NCBI GenBank assembly: GCA_964247055.1
Contig: OZ176052.1
Span: 6,386,001-6,450,000 of the forward strand
Direction: 5' to 3'
DNA from: Paragordius varius
Lineage: Eukaryota > Animalia > Nematomorpha
Length of the DNA stretch: 64,000 bases
In this document: piece by piece, positions 1-13,994 of the stretch
Numbering within the stretch: the first letter of the stretch is position 1
Layout: the number at the start of each line of letters is the position of its first letter
The notes under the pieces: generated by a model
Seen by the model: the letters and a program-made list of their open reading frames with translations, nothing else
The model's database searches: none
Told to the model about the DNA's origin: nothing
Program-made: the position numbers and the translations under genes

Positions 1-1003
1 ATTAATAATGTTCAGGTGTAGTATGTCAAAAATTTAGATCTTAAAAAGATTTCGTTATTTTTAGACATTATAAAAATAGTAACAGTATATTATTATTACG
101 AGTAAAAAAGTTTGTTTTAAACATCTTCTTATATCTATATAAACAAGTTACATCAATTTAGGACAAAATGTAAAAGAGACACTCTGCGAGGTGTCAAATA
201 GGGTTAAAAATCTTTAGTTAATATACATAACATCACAAAAACTAATAAAAAAGAACAAAATTATGGAAAGAAAAGGTGTAAAAATATAGAAATATCCATT
301 GATAGCCAACCACACATGTCATAGAATATTATTTATTCATTTATTAAAAATTAAGAAGTAATAAACCCTTAAAAGAATAGTACATCAAAAGTCAAATTTA
401 AAGGTTATCAAAAACTTAAGTATGTAATTTCAAAAAAGTTTATATATGTATATTGTTGTAAATCGGCTCATCTGCCAATTATTTTATCCTTATTAGATTA
501 GTAATAAAATAATAATAATCCAAATTAATCTTCCCTAATAGACCATAATAGTTTTTTAATTACCATAGATTTTGTAAATTAAGCCGATAGATTCACTTTA
601 AAGTAAATATAGTAGGGTTTAAAAATCAAAGTAGACTGACTACTTACAAGTGTGTTTACAACACTTTTTAACAAATGTTTATACTTTATTATGATTATTA
701 ATTATAAAAATGATCGAATCAAGGTGCAAAACAATCAAAAAAAGGAAACGGATATAAGTAAGATATCTAATTTCAAAGCAAACATTAAAATGCGTGGTGA
801 TTAATTAACAAATAAATACCATCAATAAATTAGTGTATAATATCACCAGGTTTAAATTTTAGATAAAATGAATTTAAAAAAGCAAAGATTACGCTTAAAA
901 TCTAACTTTATAACGCGGAATATCCAATAATTTTTACAAAAAAAAGCAATACCAATTCATTAATGACCTAATATACTATATGAAAATATAGGATAAAATA
1001 TAC

Positions 1004-2042
1004 CTTGAGTACAGTAGGGACCTGTCCAACCCTGTTGACAAATTTTTTGTCCATTGTTCCCGCACACATAATGGCCAAATTTATCGTCTCGCGGTCGACA
1101 TAAAGCCGCGCAAGATTTGCCATAATAGTGTCGATCACAAACTACTCGATAAGAAAATTTTATTTTGATCCCAGTTTTAGGGTCCGTGTAAAGTGCTGAT
1201 GTCCAACGCATATCGGCATTAACTGATTTCTGAGTTGCTAATCGAAGTAAAAGTTTATCGCTGGAGGGAATGCTCTTTTTATTGTTGTTGTTGATGTTGA
1301 TATAATTGGCGGCCTCTTTATATGACCCATTTAACCAAGCATCCAAAATGATGGAAAAAGTACCCTGGAAATAAATGAATGGAATAAAGAATTTTCATAC
1401 GAATAAAGTGTTTTTAAGTCATATAAGTATTAGTCTAAAAATGATTGATCAATAATATTTAAAAAGCTTATATAACATACTGGCCAAGAGAATGAAAACG
1501 GGAGTTGAGATATAATTTGAGATTGTTCCCGATTTTGTCCGAGTGTCGGTGTAATAAAACTTCCAAAAGTGCAAGAAGATAATGGATTGTTGTTAATTAT
1601 GTTTGATTTTACATGGTAAGATGATTGTTTTTGACTAGCAATTAGGTTTTCATCATGCATCCTGGATACGGAATCCGTATTCAATTGTATTTTAGTTTGA
1701 TAATGTTTAAGACACACTGAGAAATAGGTGTGGCAAAACAGGGGACATCTAGAAGTTTTTGAGTCCAAAAATTCATTCCGCACTATTTCATTTGTGTGAA
1801 ATGTTTGACAACATGATTTGTCTAAGGCATCAATCCCTTGGCTGTTTTTGAAGGAATCCATACGAATTTCAAACACCCCAGATCCATAAATATTCTGTAA
1901 TAAGCGACAATTATAATATAAATATTTAAACGGCATTAATAATAAATTAAATGCTAAAAAAAATTTTTGTAAAAATAAAAGGCATACATACCTGAACATG
2001 TAAAAGAAGTTGTAGCACCAAACTCAAAATCCAACGAGACAT
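1004..2042 (-). CDS. Dl: Delta/Serrate-family Notch ligand, 5' exons 2042-1992, 1894-1481, 1364-1004 (signal peptide, C2/MNNL, DSL); 3' part not found, probably beyond the window start
   Basis: Exons join in phase at GT-AG sites, giving MSRWILSLVLQLLLHVQ/NIYGSGVFEIR...YFSVCLKHYQ...CTFG...PFSFSWP/GTFSIILDAW...FSYRVVCDRHYYGKSCAALCRPRDDKFGHYVCGNNGQKICQQGWTGPYC. These are hallmark Delta/Jagged MNNL and DSL motifs. Delta versus Serrate cannot be settled without the downstream domains. Confidence 0.88.
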
Positions 2043-5000
2043 TTTCTGGTTTGTGAGAATTGTTGTGTAATTCGTTGTCAATACTATAAGAATATCCAAA
2101 TAATATCTTTTATAGGGAATGTTTTTCACAATGTATTAGTATACAATATAAGTATTAGCTGTTTCACAATAGCGAAATAATTTAATTAGGAATGTTTCTA
2201 AAACAGCAAAAAAAGTTTAACAGGGTTAGGATATAAATATATGCCCTGAAAGATTATTAAAAATCGATAGGAAAAGTTTGGGATTTTTTCCTGGATGGTT
2301 GGTTATTTCAAATAAATTATTTATAACTAAATGTATGACGAGGAAAAAATGGAAAAAAAACTAAAAATGTCCCGATGAGTAAAATTTTTGAAAATAAAAT
2401 TCAAAAAAAAAATTATTTTGGAACAAAAAGTAGTTGTGTGTATGTGATAGATAATAAATATTTTAAAATAATTTTTCCTAAAAAAATATTTAACACAGCC
2501 GTCAATGGACTATACTATTATATATTATTAACAAATGTTCCATATGCCCACACATTCTTCAAGAATATAATATTTTATTATAAATTTAAGGAGGCAAATG
2601 TCATAAACAACAACCTGTATTATTTTCAAATATACATTGTATGTAGTTAGTTTATAGGAAAGGTGTTCTCTTTATATGCTGAGCATGTGTGTGTCTTGTG
2701 TTTTATGTGGACATATACAAAAGGTAAGTTAATATATATATATTTTATATGGAAGTTATATAGACTTTTATTTTAATATAATATAAATTAATGTAAGAAA
2801 GGACATATGTTACACTAAAATTTTTTTTTATTTTAAAAAATAAATTAAACAAAGGTGTGTGCATCATGCGATTCAAAAACGAAGAATAAAATTAAATAGG
2901 AAACAAGATCTCTAAACAAATAATGAATTTATTATATATATCTATCAAAGTTTTTTGTAAGATCAAATTGGGAAGATACATTCATAGCATTATTTTTATT
3001 GCTAACTTCCTTTTAAATTGAAAAGGAATCGAAGAAAGACAAATAAAAGTTAAAAATATTAGGCATATGAATGACAATATTTGTAAAGGTGGGATGGACG
3101 GACACAACAATACTTTTTTTCTTTACAATTTAAAAAATTTTATAATTGGTTCATTGTTTCACTATAAATGAATAATATTCATGTCATATATAATTTTTCA
3201 CCCAAACTTTAAAGTTATTACTCAAATTTCCAGAAAGCTAAATTTTATTTTGGCGCAAATTCCAGCCACACATGTTTAAGTAGGTCAATAACTTTGTTAA
3301 TAAAAAAAGTTATATACACTTCAAAACTACTGAAACAATAAATTATAATTGTAAGTGATATATGCTAAATATTGAATATTAGATATTGAACTTATTTATA
3401 TTTAATAATATAACTTAAACATATTTTACTGTAAAATTTAGACTAATTAATTACATCATTTTATACGTATATATGACCAAAACAAAAGTTATGAAACACA
3501 TGCTCTATACATTAAGAAAACTATTCAAAGTTTCTAATTAGAGAAAAAAACTTGGACAGTTGTTTTTTCATTTAAAAAACAAAATATATATTCAAATTAT
3601 CTTAACATCTGTACCTTGGTTCTTTATATATTGTAGTTTAATATTTCATTTTACAAAAATTTATTTTAATGATGGACATAAAATGCATCTAAGGTAGAAA
3701 AATTTTGTACCTTCATAAAATTTTTAGTGTATTACTAATAAAAAAAGTTTTAAAGGTGTTCAATGTCTTTTTACTTTATCACTCAGTGTCCAGCACAAAA
3801 AGTTATTATAGTATATATAGAAAGTGCAGAGCAGATGATGACAATTATCAAATACAGAACTATAAACTTGGGGTAAAGAATCGGCAGATGATACATACCA
3901 CAATTTAGTTTATATAAGCCAAATTTAAACTTTTTTGTAAAATGTTAAAACTACTTAAAAAATTCACTTTTATCACAATAATTAAGGTCCCAATTATAAA
4001 GTTTAATTATTTTTCAGAATATAATATATCTATATATCTTAAGACAATTAACTACTATGGAAATAGGGGTCAATATGACATTTTTGAATAACATTCCTAA
4101 AAAAACAAAATGTACCATATTTAACAACTATTTTATGACTTTGATGCTGGAAAAAAGCAAACAATTAGTTGAAATAATTGTCAATTGTTTTTAAACATGA
4201 AAACCGATTAAAGAGTTATTATAAAAAGTTTTTTTTATTTGATTTTTTATTCTATTAAATAGAGGTAGTTTATAATATATAGTTACAAATATTTATAACC
4301 AAAATTTACGACAAATTGTTTTTTTATGTTCTGAGCATAATACAAACATTAAAATATTTTTTATAAAATGTTTATAAACTATAAAATAATTTTGTAGACG
4401 TATTAAATAATTTACGCCGAGTCAATTAAATATTTTAAAAATTCTCTGTCACCATTTTCAAGAATGATGTTATAAATATGCAAATTAAATAAATGTACGC
4501 GCAATTAATGTGGTATGCGCAAAAAGAAGATACAACACAGAGAACAAATTGAATTGATGCCGATATATTATTACGGGAAAAGTCTAATATAATAAAAAAT
4601 GCTCTGTAAGACACACCAGGTAATAATTTAAGAATTTTAATTTATTAACTTTTACAGAGATAAAGAAAGAGGAAGCAAAATATATATATAATTTTATTAA
4701 CAAATAATTACATAACTTCAAAGATTCTCTTACAAGATATATATTTATTCAATTCATAAGCATCTAGCGGTCATTGGAAGGATCCAAGACAATAAAATAT
4801 TTTACACTTTTATCGTACACAACAAAATCACGTAAATTTCAATAAAAAAGTAACACATAATTTAGCCGAAACACCTTTATATCTTATTATAAAGCGAAAA
4901 AAAATGTTTTTAGATTGTCAACGCGTTCCGGACAATCTTGAATTTATATTGTAAAAAGATTTTTTAAAAAAAATCTGTATAAATATATAAATGTGTTACA

Positions 5001-5242
5001 AATGTTATAGTTTGTAATTGTAACCAATTATCAATCAATATGAATCCGGACATTGATATATTACGAGTTGTTGATCGTACTTATAATATGTAATGTAATG
5101 TAGTGTAATGTGTACCTTGATTTTTTTTTCTTTTCTTTTATCATTACATGTTTTCACAAAATAACTAACTATAATATACCAAATTTATAACAAATCTCTT
5201 TTTAATACTTAATATATACTTATTTTTATTGATAGATTTGAC

Positions 5243-5263
5243 ATATATATATATATATATATA
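5243..5263. repeat. (TA)n microsatellite
   Basis: Pure AT dinucleotide run. Confidence 0.9.
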
Positions 5264-6262
5264 CACAATATTTACGTGGAAGGAAGTCGTCCTTTAATAA
5301 AAAAAGTAGTCTCTAACATATACTAAAATGATTTGTTTTATAATAGTTTTTACTCTAAACTTTATACCCTATATTATAATCCTATTAGTTCAATATTTAC
5401 ACGGAGCACATGATGATATAATTATTGATATATATTGTATCTTAATAATATCAGTAAATTCATTACGGTATTTTTTAGGCGATCGAGAAACTTCCTTTAA
5501 AGTTTAAACAAAGACAACATCTTCAAATATAAAACAGTGGCTCATAATTTTTAGAACATTCTTTTATTTAAGTCATACTTTTTACACAATTTACAAAAGT
5601 TTGGTGTCGTAGTTTTGAGGTCAAAACATTTAAAATACCCTAAAATAATACAAACTATTCATTCTTATTTGACATGTGCCACTTTTAAATTGGTTCATTA
5701 ATTTTAATAAAAAAAATATATATTCCTAACCTAAAAATGGAATATCACTCTATTTAATTTATCAAATGGCATATTCAAAATGAAATTTTTCAAAAAGATT
5801 ATAAAAATAGCAAATATATGAAATATTCTTAGAAAACTGGATCAATACCATTTACATGTTTTACCAATTACATAAATGTAGAAGGGAAATAATTATTATT
5901 AAATTATTATTTTAATTAAGATTGTACATCAGGTACGTATTATAACGTAAATATAAAAAATTTATTAATATTTTATTTAAAATTTTTACTTGGTCGTTTT
6001 CCACCGATATTTCATATGTATAATAAATCAGATTATTCAATTAAAAATAAAAGGGCATTAAACTTTGTCGAAAGAGTTAGCTTAATCTAAGAAATCTCAT
6101 AATAAATTTCTCCCATTTATAAAATCCTAATTTAATTTAAAATATTATTACATCTTCTGATGTGATGCAGTATAATCTGATAAAAAGATGTAACATACGA
6201 AAGAAAAGGTGTTGAAAATATTTTTACCTGTCATTTTTAATTAATTTTTTTGAAAAAAAAAG

Positions 6263-6265
<3 letters not shown>

Positions 6266-6308
<43 letters not shown>
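6266..6308. repeat. (TA)n microsatellite, about 21 units
   Basis: Pure AT dinucleotide run. Confidence 0.95.
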
Positions 6309-6313
<5 letters not shown>

Positions 6314-9300
6314 TAATTAAATCCTAAAGACCTTATTATACAAAAAATATCAATTTATGGTTTTAAGATTTGCAAAAATAACCTTTATCAAGACTTGATT
6401 CGCAGTAATTTAATGGAATTGGGTGGAAATTGATTATAATTTTATTTTTAAAGAAATCGCAAAAATGAATTTTTCGTTAAAATATTAAAAAATAATATAA
6501 ATGACAGGCTTAAAAAGTTTATATAGGGCCAATATAATATTTTAATATTATTTAATATATGTATAATGTAATTTAAATTTTTAGTTCAAGTTCGACTTTG
6601 GACAGATGAATATTCTATCCTATTATATTGTATTTGCAAGATGTCTTAATTTATTAATCTATTAACATATACAACAAATAAAATATGCATACTATTTAGC
6701 TTAAAAAGTACTAAAAAAATTATTAACAGGTAAGTATATAACATTGTCAAGATCTTGTTTTATGATAAAACTAGACATTGCAATATGGCTTAGGTTTTGA
6801 CAAAAAAAATCAATTTGCAAGAAACAGTAGTGTATGGGGTGAAATTTATCATGTCGTAATTAAACATGGTTTCTATACACTTTAACATTAACTTTTTTTA
6901 TTTTACGAGCAGATATAGTTACACAGTATACTTAAAACAATTAAAAATGGTGATTTAAATATTATTAAATTCACCTTCAATGATAATTGGAAAGAAACAC
7001 CTGTATGTATATATAATTCAAGATAAGATCATCATAACTTTCATAATTTCCTATCTGCCTACCCAAAATAACTTAACTTATGGATTGCAATATTGATCTT
7101 CCTTACAACCTTTTTTTTAAATTTCAAATCCACAAAATAGAGATAAAATTAATAATAAAATTTAATTATCACAAAAATTCAAAGTTTGATCATCACTTGA
7201 AAAACTCTTAATGTTATTAAAATTAAAAGAATCTGTATCGATGAAATTTCTAAACTAAAGTATGCAGAAAAGGCCCGGTGTCACTTAAGGTAAAAAATGC
7301 TATACACAATAGTCGCCTGCCTACATATTGTTTATAGTTTTTGAGCACACAAAAAAAACAAATAAAAAACTATTGTATAATACAATATATTTTGTCACCA
7401 TATTGCCAGTTGGGCATACATGCGTAAAATATTGAAGCTACCAAAAAAACTCAAAATTATCATTGTATAAAACAATAAATTATATGCACATCATTTGATA
7501 CGAAATTTATTATGTCACCCCCTCCCTCCCCCCTCTAACATCTCCCAAGAAAAATGCGTGATTTAAGAATTAATTTTATTAACTTTTGTGGGTGCGCGCG
7601 TTACACCTTGCAATAAAACGCTAGAACAGTATTTATATAACATATTTCATTCATATCTTTTTAACATGAATGAAAATGAATTATATATATTGGGCTGATA
7701 AAAGATAAAATAAGGATAATTTTTTACAGAAAGTATATATGACAGATTTTATCAACAGATAGTGTCTTTACATAATGACAACACTGTTGCATTCTGCTCA
7801 TTTTAACGGTCAATATTATGTTTAAACAATGATGATCAATCATCTATGTATTCTTTAAAAAAATCAATTACCAAAAATTATGTATATATGCACATTAATC
7901 ATTAATGATGCTTACTAGTAAAATTAACAGTCAAAAATAGGACGACAGACAGGAAACCTAGACACGCCCTAAAATATGGGCCATCATCTCATAAATAACC
8001 AACTATTTTGTGACAAAATATTTTGGTTATTTTAAAGGTAATTTATATTACTTTCGACCCCTAACTTTTTATCATCATTCTGCAACTTTAAAAAGCAAGA
8101 CAAACAGGATCAAAGAAAAAAAAGTTTATAAATTTACTGCAACTTTCTTTACATATATAATGGAATGATTACTAATTATAAAACTAAGGATGCCAATTTA
8201 ACGCTAGAAATGGACAATATCGGTTTACGTTTGAAAGGTTAGAGTTCCGAATAACAACCAGTAACACGACTGAATTTTATTGAAAACACACATACCCATG
8301 TATAAAAATGCCTGTAACTTTTTCCTAACAGTAATAGACGTTCAATGATTATTTTTATACATCACGATTACAAATTAGATATTGTTTATCAGTGTCATAT
8401 TTCAATAGTATTAATAAAAACAGGTATAACATTGGGCAATTTAGAGTTAAACTAGATTTTAAGCCTAGTATATCGTAAATTTTGCCATAATTTAAAATTA
8501 AATAAGGTTTATTTCTTAACTTTTACAAAAAAGACATTAAAAACTTTAAGTGCAAGATCCCCGAAACCGGTTCATATTTAAGCTTAAATTTAGTAATTTA
8601 AGGTTGCATATTAAATTAAATTATAGGGAATGTTATTACAAATTATGTATAAAACAATATCTTCCGCTATTCTATTATCGCTAATTTGTCAATTACGATT
8701 TATTAAAAACAAATTAATCGATGTTATAATCAAACACTTTAAAATTACTTCATATATTAAACAAAATATAATATGATGGTAAATTTAAGGTAATGGGATA
8801 TTATGTTTTAAAACACTTGATTTGACGCTACTTACCCTGGTTATAAAAGTTTCGAATTTAAGTTGGCATAATATAAGTACAAAATGTTACAATATAAAAT
8901 ATACAGTCTATTAGATCCTTTTTTGTAATAAACATTTCTTAAGAAAGCCACAATATTAGAACTTATATTAAAATATACGATACGTGTGTCATTTCCCTCG
9001 GTTAACCTATACTTTAAAATTATTCGAAATCAAATTATAATTGTAAAATAATATTTTATCTAAAATTAAATATTGTTTTTACATTCAATATCTATATATT
9101 ATATAATCAATTAAGTAATGAAGGGGTATTGAATTTATCAATTAATCATTATAAAATGTTTTAAAGCGAGCGTATATGCCGTGATTATTCAGGCGTGGCA
9201 GCAATCATGTTTTTGAATAAAAAAATCAATTATATTAATTTTGTTTGTACAAAAAAAAGATGCAACATTTAACGTATAATTCATGGAAAAAGCTGTTACA

Positions 9301-12039
9301 TAAAATCTAAAAATATTATCAAAATTGTATGTATTGTATTCTTTTACATGAAAACTGGGCCATTCATCTATAAACCATATTTAAGGATAATAGCGTTCGT
9401 ACGCTATAAAATTTAATGGGTGATACAGTATTAAAAGGGAACTCTTTGTGACCTCTTTCCAAATATGTGATAAAAAAAGATGTGTTACCCAAAATTAGAC
9501 CAGCTATTTATTCAGAAAGTTTACTCTGGATTTATAAGGTCAATTTTCTTGGTTACTAGCTAAACCAGCTCATTTATTCAAAATAATGCCCAAATATATA
9601 AAGTTATACCTTTTAGGAGGAATTAGGATTTGTAGGATTTTACCATTACATTAGATTAAAGATTATGGATTTGTAATTTTATATATAATTTAAAAAAAGC
9701 CTTAAAATTAATGGTTTTTTAGTTCAAAATTCGCGCCATATAAATTCCCTTTAATTGTTTTATATATCTATATCTGTGCTTACTTAATACTTTCAAAACA
9801 TATTTTTACTCTAATGCAAATTTCAGCGCCAACCACATGGGTTTGTAGAAATATATATTGTTTGTCATCTTGCCAAACTTTTTTTATATAATTCATAATG
9901 TTGCTTGGATTATTTTAATGTCAACAACATGCAAACATAAATATATTTCGGTAATTAAAATCTATATTTTCAATTTTAAATAAAAATTTGGTAAAGGTTC
10001 CTTGAAATTAAATTCGCAACAATCATTATTTTGTCCACTTTGGGCTTTCAAATACTGCAACAGATATATAATAGTTATTTTCAATATTGTGCCAGAATTT
10101 GTTGATTTAAATATGAGCAAAATAACCAAAAATGGTATAATACACCAAACAAAAATATATTATTTTATTAGCCTAGCCCTAATATTGTAAGTCATTTCCG
10201 GTCAATTGCACAAATGGCTAACAAGTTTATTTATTATATAATCAATAACCATTATTTTATTACAAAAAGCTTTTAAGCGAGACTATATAAATCGTATCTC
10301 CTCTTAGAAGAAAATCAAATTACGTAATTAATTACACGATTAAGCAAAGTGCCAATCAATATCAAAAAGCCATAAATAAATAATGCATTGAAATATACAA
10401 ACATTTAGGAAAAACATGTAATATAATTTATAGAAAGTAATAAAACAGTTTCAAAAAGACTTTTGAACAAAACTTTAGATATACAGTATTGAATAATACT
10501 TATTTTAAAATGTCCACAATTAAATTACCAAGATTGTAAAATGACAATAATTTAACGAAACAGTGGTGAAAGCAAATATATTTTTATATAAAAAAGCCTG
10601 TTTAAGTTTAATTAGGATTGCAAAACAAATAAAAATTAATAATACCGTTTTTAACAGGAATCTGAATAATGCCCACAAAAATGGGAAGGCAGACGATAGT
10701 ATAAAAATGGCGGAAAAAAATTATGCAAAATTGCGTGTTTTGAATTCGTTTATAAAAACCTATTATTGGTTTTGTTTTAAACTTAATTAATGAAGCATTA
10801 ATTATGTCAAGACAAATTGACCATTTTAAATTCCATTATCTATCTATCCTCTTAGTAAATATAAAATTATTTAAAAAAATTAAATTATAAATTCCATATA
10901 AATTGTTAATATATTTTTTTAGTTATCATGAAGGAAAAAGTCCTATAAGAATCATATTGTACTGTGGGAATTTTTTTTAGTTTTCCATATTGAGTCCCCG
11001 TTAATATATATCATAATAAACACCAATATATAAAAATTAGCCTTTAAAGTTGTGATGAATGTTATCAAAAATTTGCCACCTAGTTGCTAAATTTTTTAAT
11101 AATTATGTATTTTAGAAAGAATTTTATGTAATAAATCATACGGTTATCAATGAATTATCTTTTACAATTTTCTAAACAAATTATGGTTAGTTTTAAACAT
11201 TTTGTGTGTTGAAAATTAATTGAAAATAGTCCCTTATGAACTTATTTATCCTTATGAAATAAGGGGATTTTTAGTTTATATTTCCAATTAATGTTAATAA
11301 ACTCCCATTTAATTATTTAAAGCCTTGATACAAAATTGAAATAATATAATCATGACCGAAAACAGATAAGTTATGTTATGGGGTTAATCGATAGATATGT
11401 TTAACAAATCGATTAAGATTCGAAAATTACAAACATAATTGTGTGGAAAATGCTTTAATTTACGTTATAAATATTAGTAAAAAACGAATAACATCTTGAT
11501 CTACTTAGTCGTTTTAAATTTCCAAGAATTTCAGCGACATTATACATCAACGCCTTTCATAAAAGTATTTGAAATTTGTGAGTGTGTATGATTAACTAAT
11601 TGACACAGATGGGGTTAGTTGACTAACTCAGGCCAACTCGATAACACTATTTTTCGCAAAATTTGTAATGATAATATCGATTTTTATATACCTTTAAATA
11701 ATATATTTGGTTATAATAATGACGGAAAAAATATTGAATTAGTAATAGTGGCAGAATGCAATTAGATAAATTCATAATAAAATATAATACAAGTTGGAAT
11801 ATAATTATCCAGTGTTATACTTATGAAGGAACTTTAAAACAGTTTTGTAATTTAAGTCTTTTGAATATTTCTTAAATCCAATAGAAACAAATGTCTAAAA
11901 TTAAAAAGTATGCTGTCAAAACACAATTAAATATAAATTAATGTTAAATTTTTATTATGATAATTTTAAGTGAGATATGAGTTTCTCCAAAAAAGATTGA
12001 AATATAGCGACATTTTGTTATATTTTATGGCATATTAAA

Positions 12040-12328
12040 AGTTTCGAAAAAAATATCCCGATGATGCAAATATACTCTGGTACGAGAATATTTAAGAATT
12101 ATCATAGTCCTTTTGGATTGGCCCCTACGATGATTTAGTTTACAATTTCATGGTAACTGCTCCATATGAGAAAATTGCAAAATTTAGGCCCATTTTGTTA
12201 AATATAAATTTTTTAAAAAATGCTTCATTCCAAAAAATAACCCTAATATTACATATAAAAAGCAGAACATTTTCGAAACATATATAATTTATCAGATTTT
12301 TTTAAAACTCCAGATTTTGGACGCAGTG
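12040..12328. mobile_element. Partial copy of the CACTG-ended non-autonomous DNA transposon family also at 27.1-28.1 kb and 29-30 kb
   Basis: Shares blocks (ttggcccctacga; aatgcttcattccaaaaa; tacatataaaaag) with 27130-27350 and ends in GATTTTGGACGCAGTG (12313-12328). The left boundary is approximate. Confidence 0.6.
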
Positions 12329-12572
12329 TTTTTGCAGGGGTGCCAAACACACATGACTCGCGGAGTGCATTAAAAAATATAAACAGTGAAAACAAATAGA
12401 GTGAAACAATACAGAATAATCAATGATGTTTGATAAACTGAATCAGTCATTTAAAAAATATTTAATGGAATATTATTTTAGTATTTAGTTAGCACAAGAT
12501 TTTTTAGATATATTTTTGCAAATTATAGAATTTTATTTGGTATTTTTTAAATTTTTTACGAGGGCAGCAGAG

Positions 12573-12605
12573 AACGTCGCGGAAGGCCGCGCGTTGGATG
12601 CCTAG
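12573..12605 (+). mobile_element. Possible Helitron-type 3' terminus (GC hairpin followed by CTAG)
   Basis: AACG-T-CGCGG-AAGG-CCGCG-CGTT hairpin, then CTAG at 12602-12605. The next base is C rather than the usual T, and no matching 5' end was identified. Confidence 0.4.
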
Positions 12606-13468
12606 CATATATGAATATTTACTTATTCTAATAATTCGCGGCAAAAATTTCAAATTATGCTAAAACAATTTATTTTAAATTTAGGCATATTTCATTTATA
12701 TGATATCATATTTATAATATTCTGGTCGATTGATGTAATCGTTAACTACTGAGTATGATCGTACGCATAAAACAAATTTTATTAGTTATGCCATTAATAA
12801 TGGCTTACAAATACTCATTTTAAAATTTTATTTATTCATTAAAATTAAAGGTTTGTAAAGTAATTTTAAATCTATCTAAGGTATATGATATCTCCAGCGG
12901 CATCAATATTATGGAAAGTGTTTTAGTATTAAGGCGTGCTTAATAGAACTACTCGTCCGAAGCATTATGCGTTGAACTACCCTTAACCAGATGTTGCTAA
13001 ATTATCTGAAGCACTTAGAGTACTACCCGTCTATTTGAAACCACATATATAATAATTGAAACAAATGGTTAGCTTAATTAATATACCTGAAGTTATGCTA
13101 TCACAAAAAACATTCGCCATAACATTTTTAAAAACTACCCTTTAAAAATATTTTTAAATAAAGCCGTAAAATGCATTTTTTACAATGTAAATATATTTGG
13201 ATTTAAGATTCTGGGATTGTCACTAATCTTATTAACGGGGCTGTTCTGTGAAAGGAGTTTGTAACTTGTGCATCATCGATTTAAATCAGTCATAGAAAAT
13301 ATGAAAATAATAAATTTGCTAACAAAGGAAAGAAAAATATATTTTCAAAACACTAAACGAAAGAGCACGAACAAATAAACCATGAAAATATATATCATAA
13401 AAAATATAGTTTAGTTAGTCTCTTTCGTGTTAAATGGTAAGACTGAAATTATATCAAGACTTATGAAA

Positions 13469-13593
13469 GCTTTACTAGTGGGGTTTAAGCTCTGGCAGTC
13501 CACGCGCCTGGTAGTGCGGCGCCCTACTTACTATACCATCATGCCTTCTAAAAATATATATAATAAAAAAATTATGCATTTGCAAACCGGGGT
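13469..13593 (+). ncRNA. Degenerate or orphan HDV-like self-cleaving ribozyme fold (probable relic 5' end of a non-LTR retrotransposon)
   Basis: P1 GCTTTAC(13469-75)/GTAGTGC(13511-17), one mismatch; P2 CTCTGG(13490-95)/CCGGGG(13587-92); P3 CAG/CTG around L3 TCCACGCGC; GG(13518-19) for P1.1; J4/2 G-C(13583)-AAA. Lies in a GC-rich island. Confidence 0.5.
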
Positions 13594-13994
13594 GTCCCTT
13601 GATCGGCGTGCAGACCTCGGTTTGAGATTTGTCAGATTGGTTTGGAATCAACAATACTAGGTTAAACGCATGGATTTTTTTTGTAATATTGTCTGTTTCT
13701 AATACTATTTATCATATTTATCTCAAGCTTTTTGGCTCATTTATATAATACTCATTTAATCAAAAGTTATATAAAAGTTTTGTAAGAGTGTTGGTTCAAA
13801 ATTTGCATTAATCATCTGTTATTAAACATCGATAACTATACATGTGACTGGTTCAGTTTTTCGAAACCCTAATTATCATTTTGAGTTTAATCTGCTCTAT
13901 TCGTTATCTTATTTTGTTGATTCTAAAATATAACTTAATGAAAATATGTACTTCTGGTCTGTTAAATAATAATTAGCGGGAAGGCGCTTGTTAA

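Noticed and set aside
490-540. Minus-strand hydrophobic stretch GRLIWIIIILLLI* as a possible Delta TM exon
   Set aside because: Wrong phase for the DSL donor, ends immediately in stops, and is explained by an (ATT)n tract.
2375-13400. Short ORFs (2375, 3705, 10002, 10563)
   Set aside because: Ile/Lys/Phe/Tyr/Asn-biased translations typical of chance ORFs in AT-rich DNA; no motifs or splice support.
13427-13660. 77-aa ORF over the GC-rich island
   Set aside because: No recognisable protein features; the GC richness is better explained by the RNA fold or a TE remnant.
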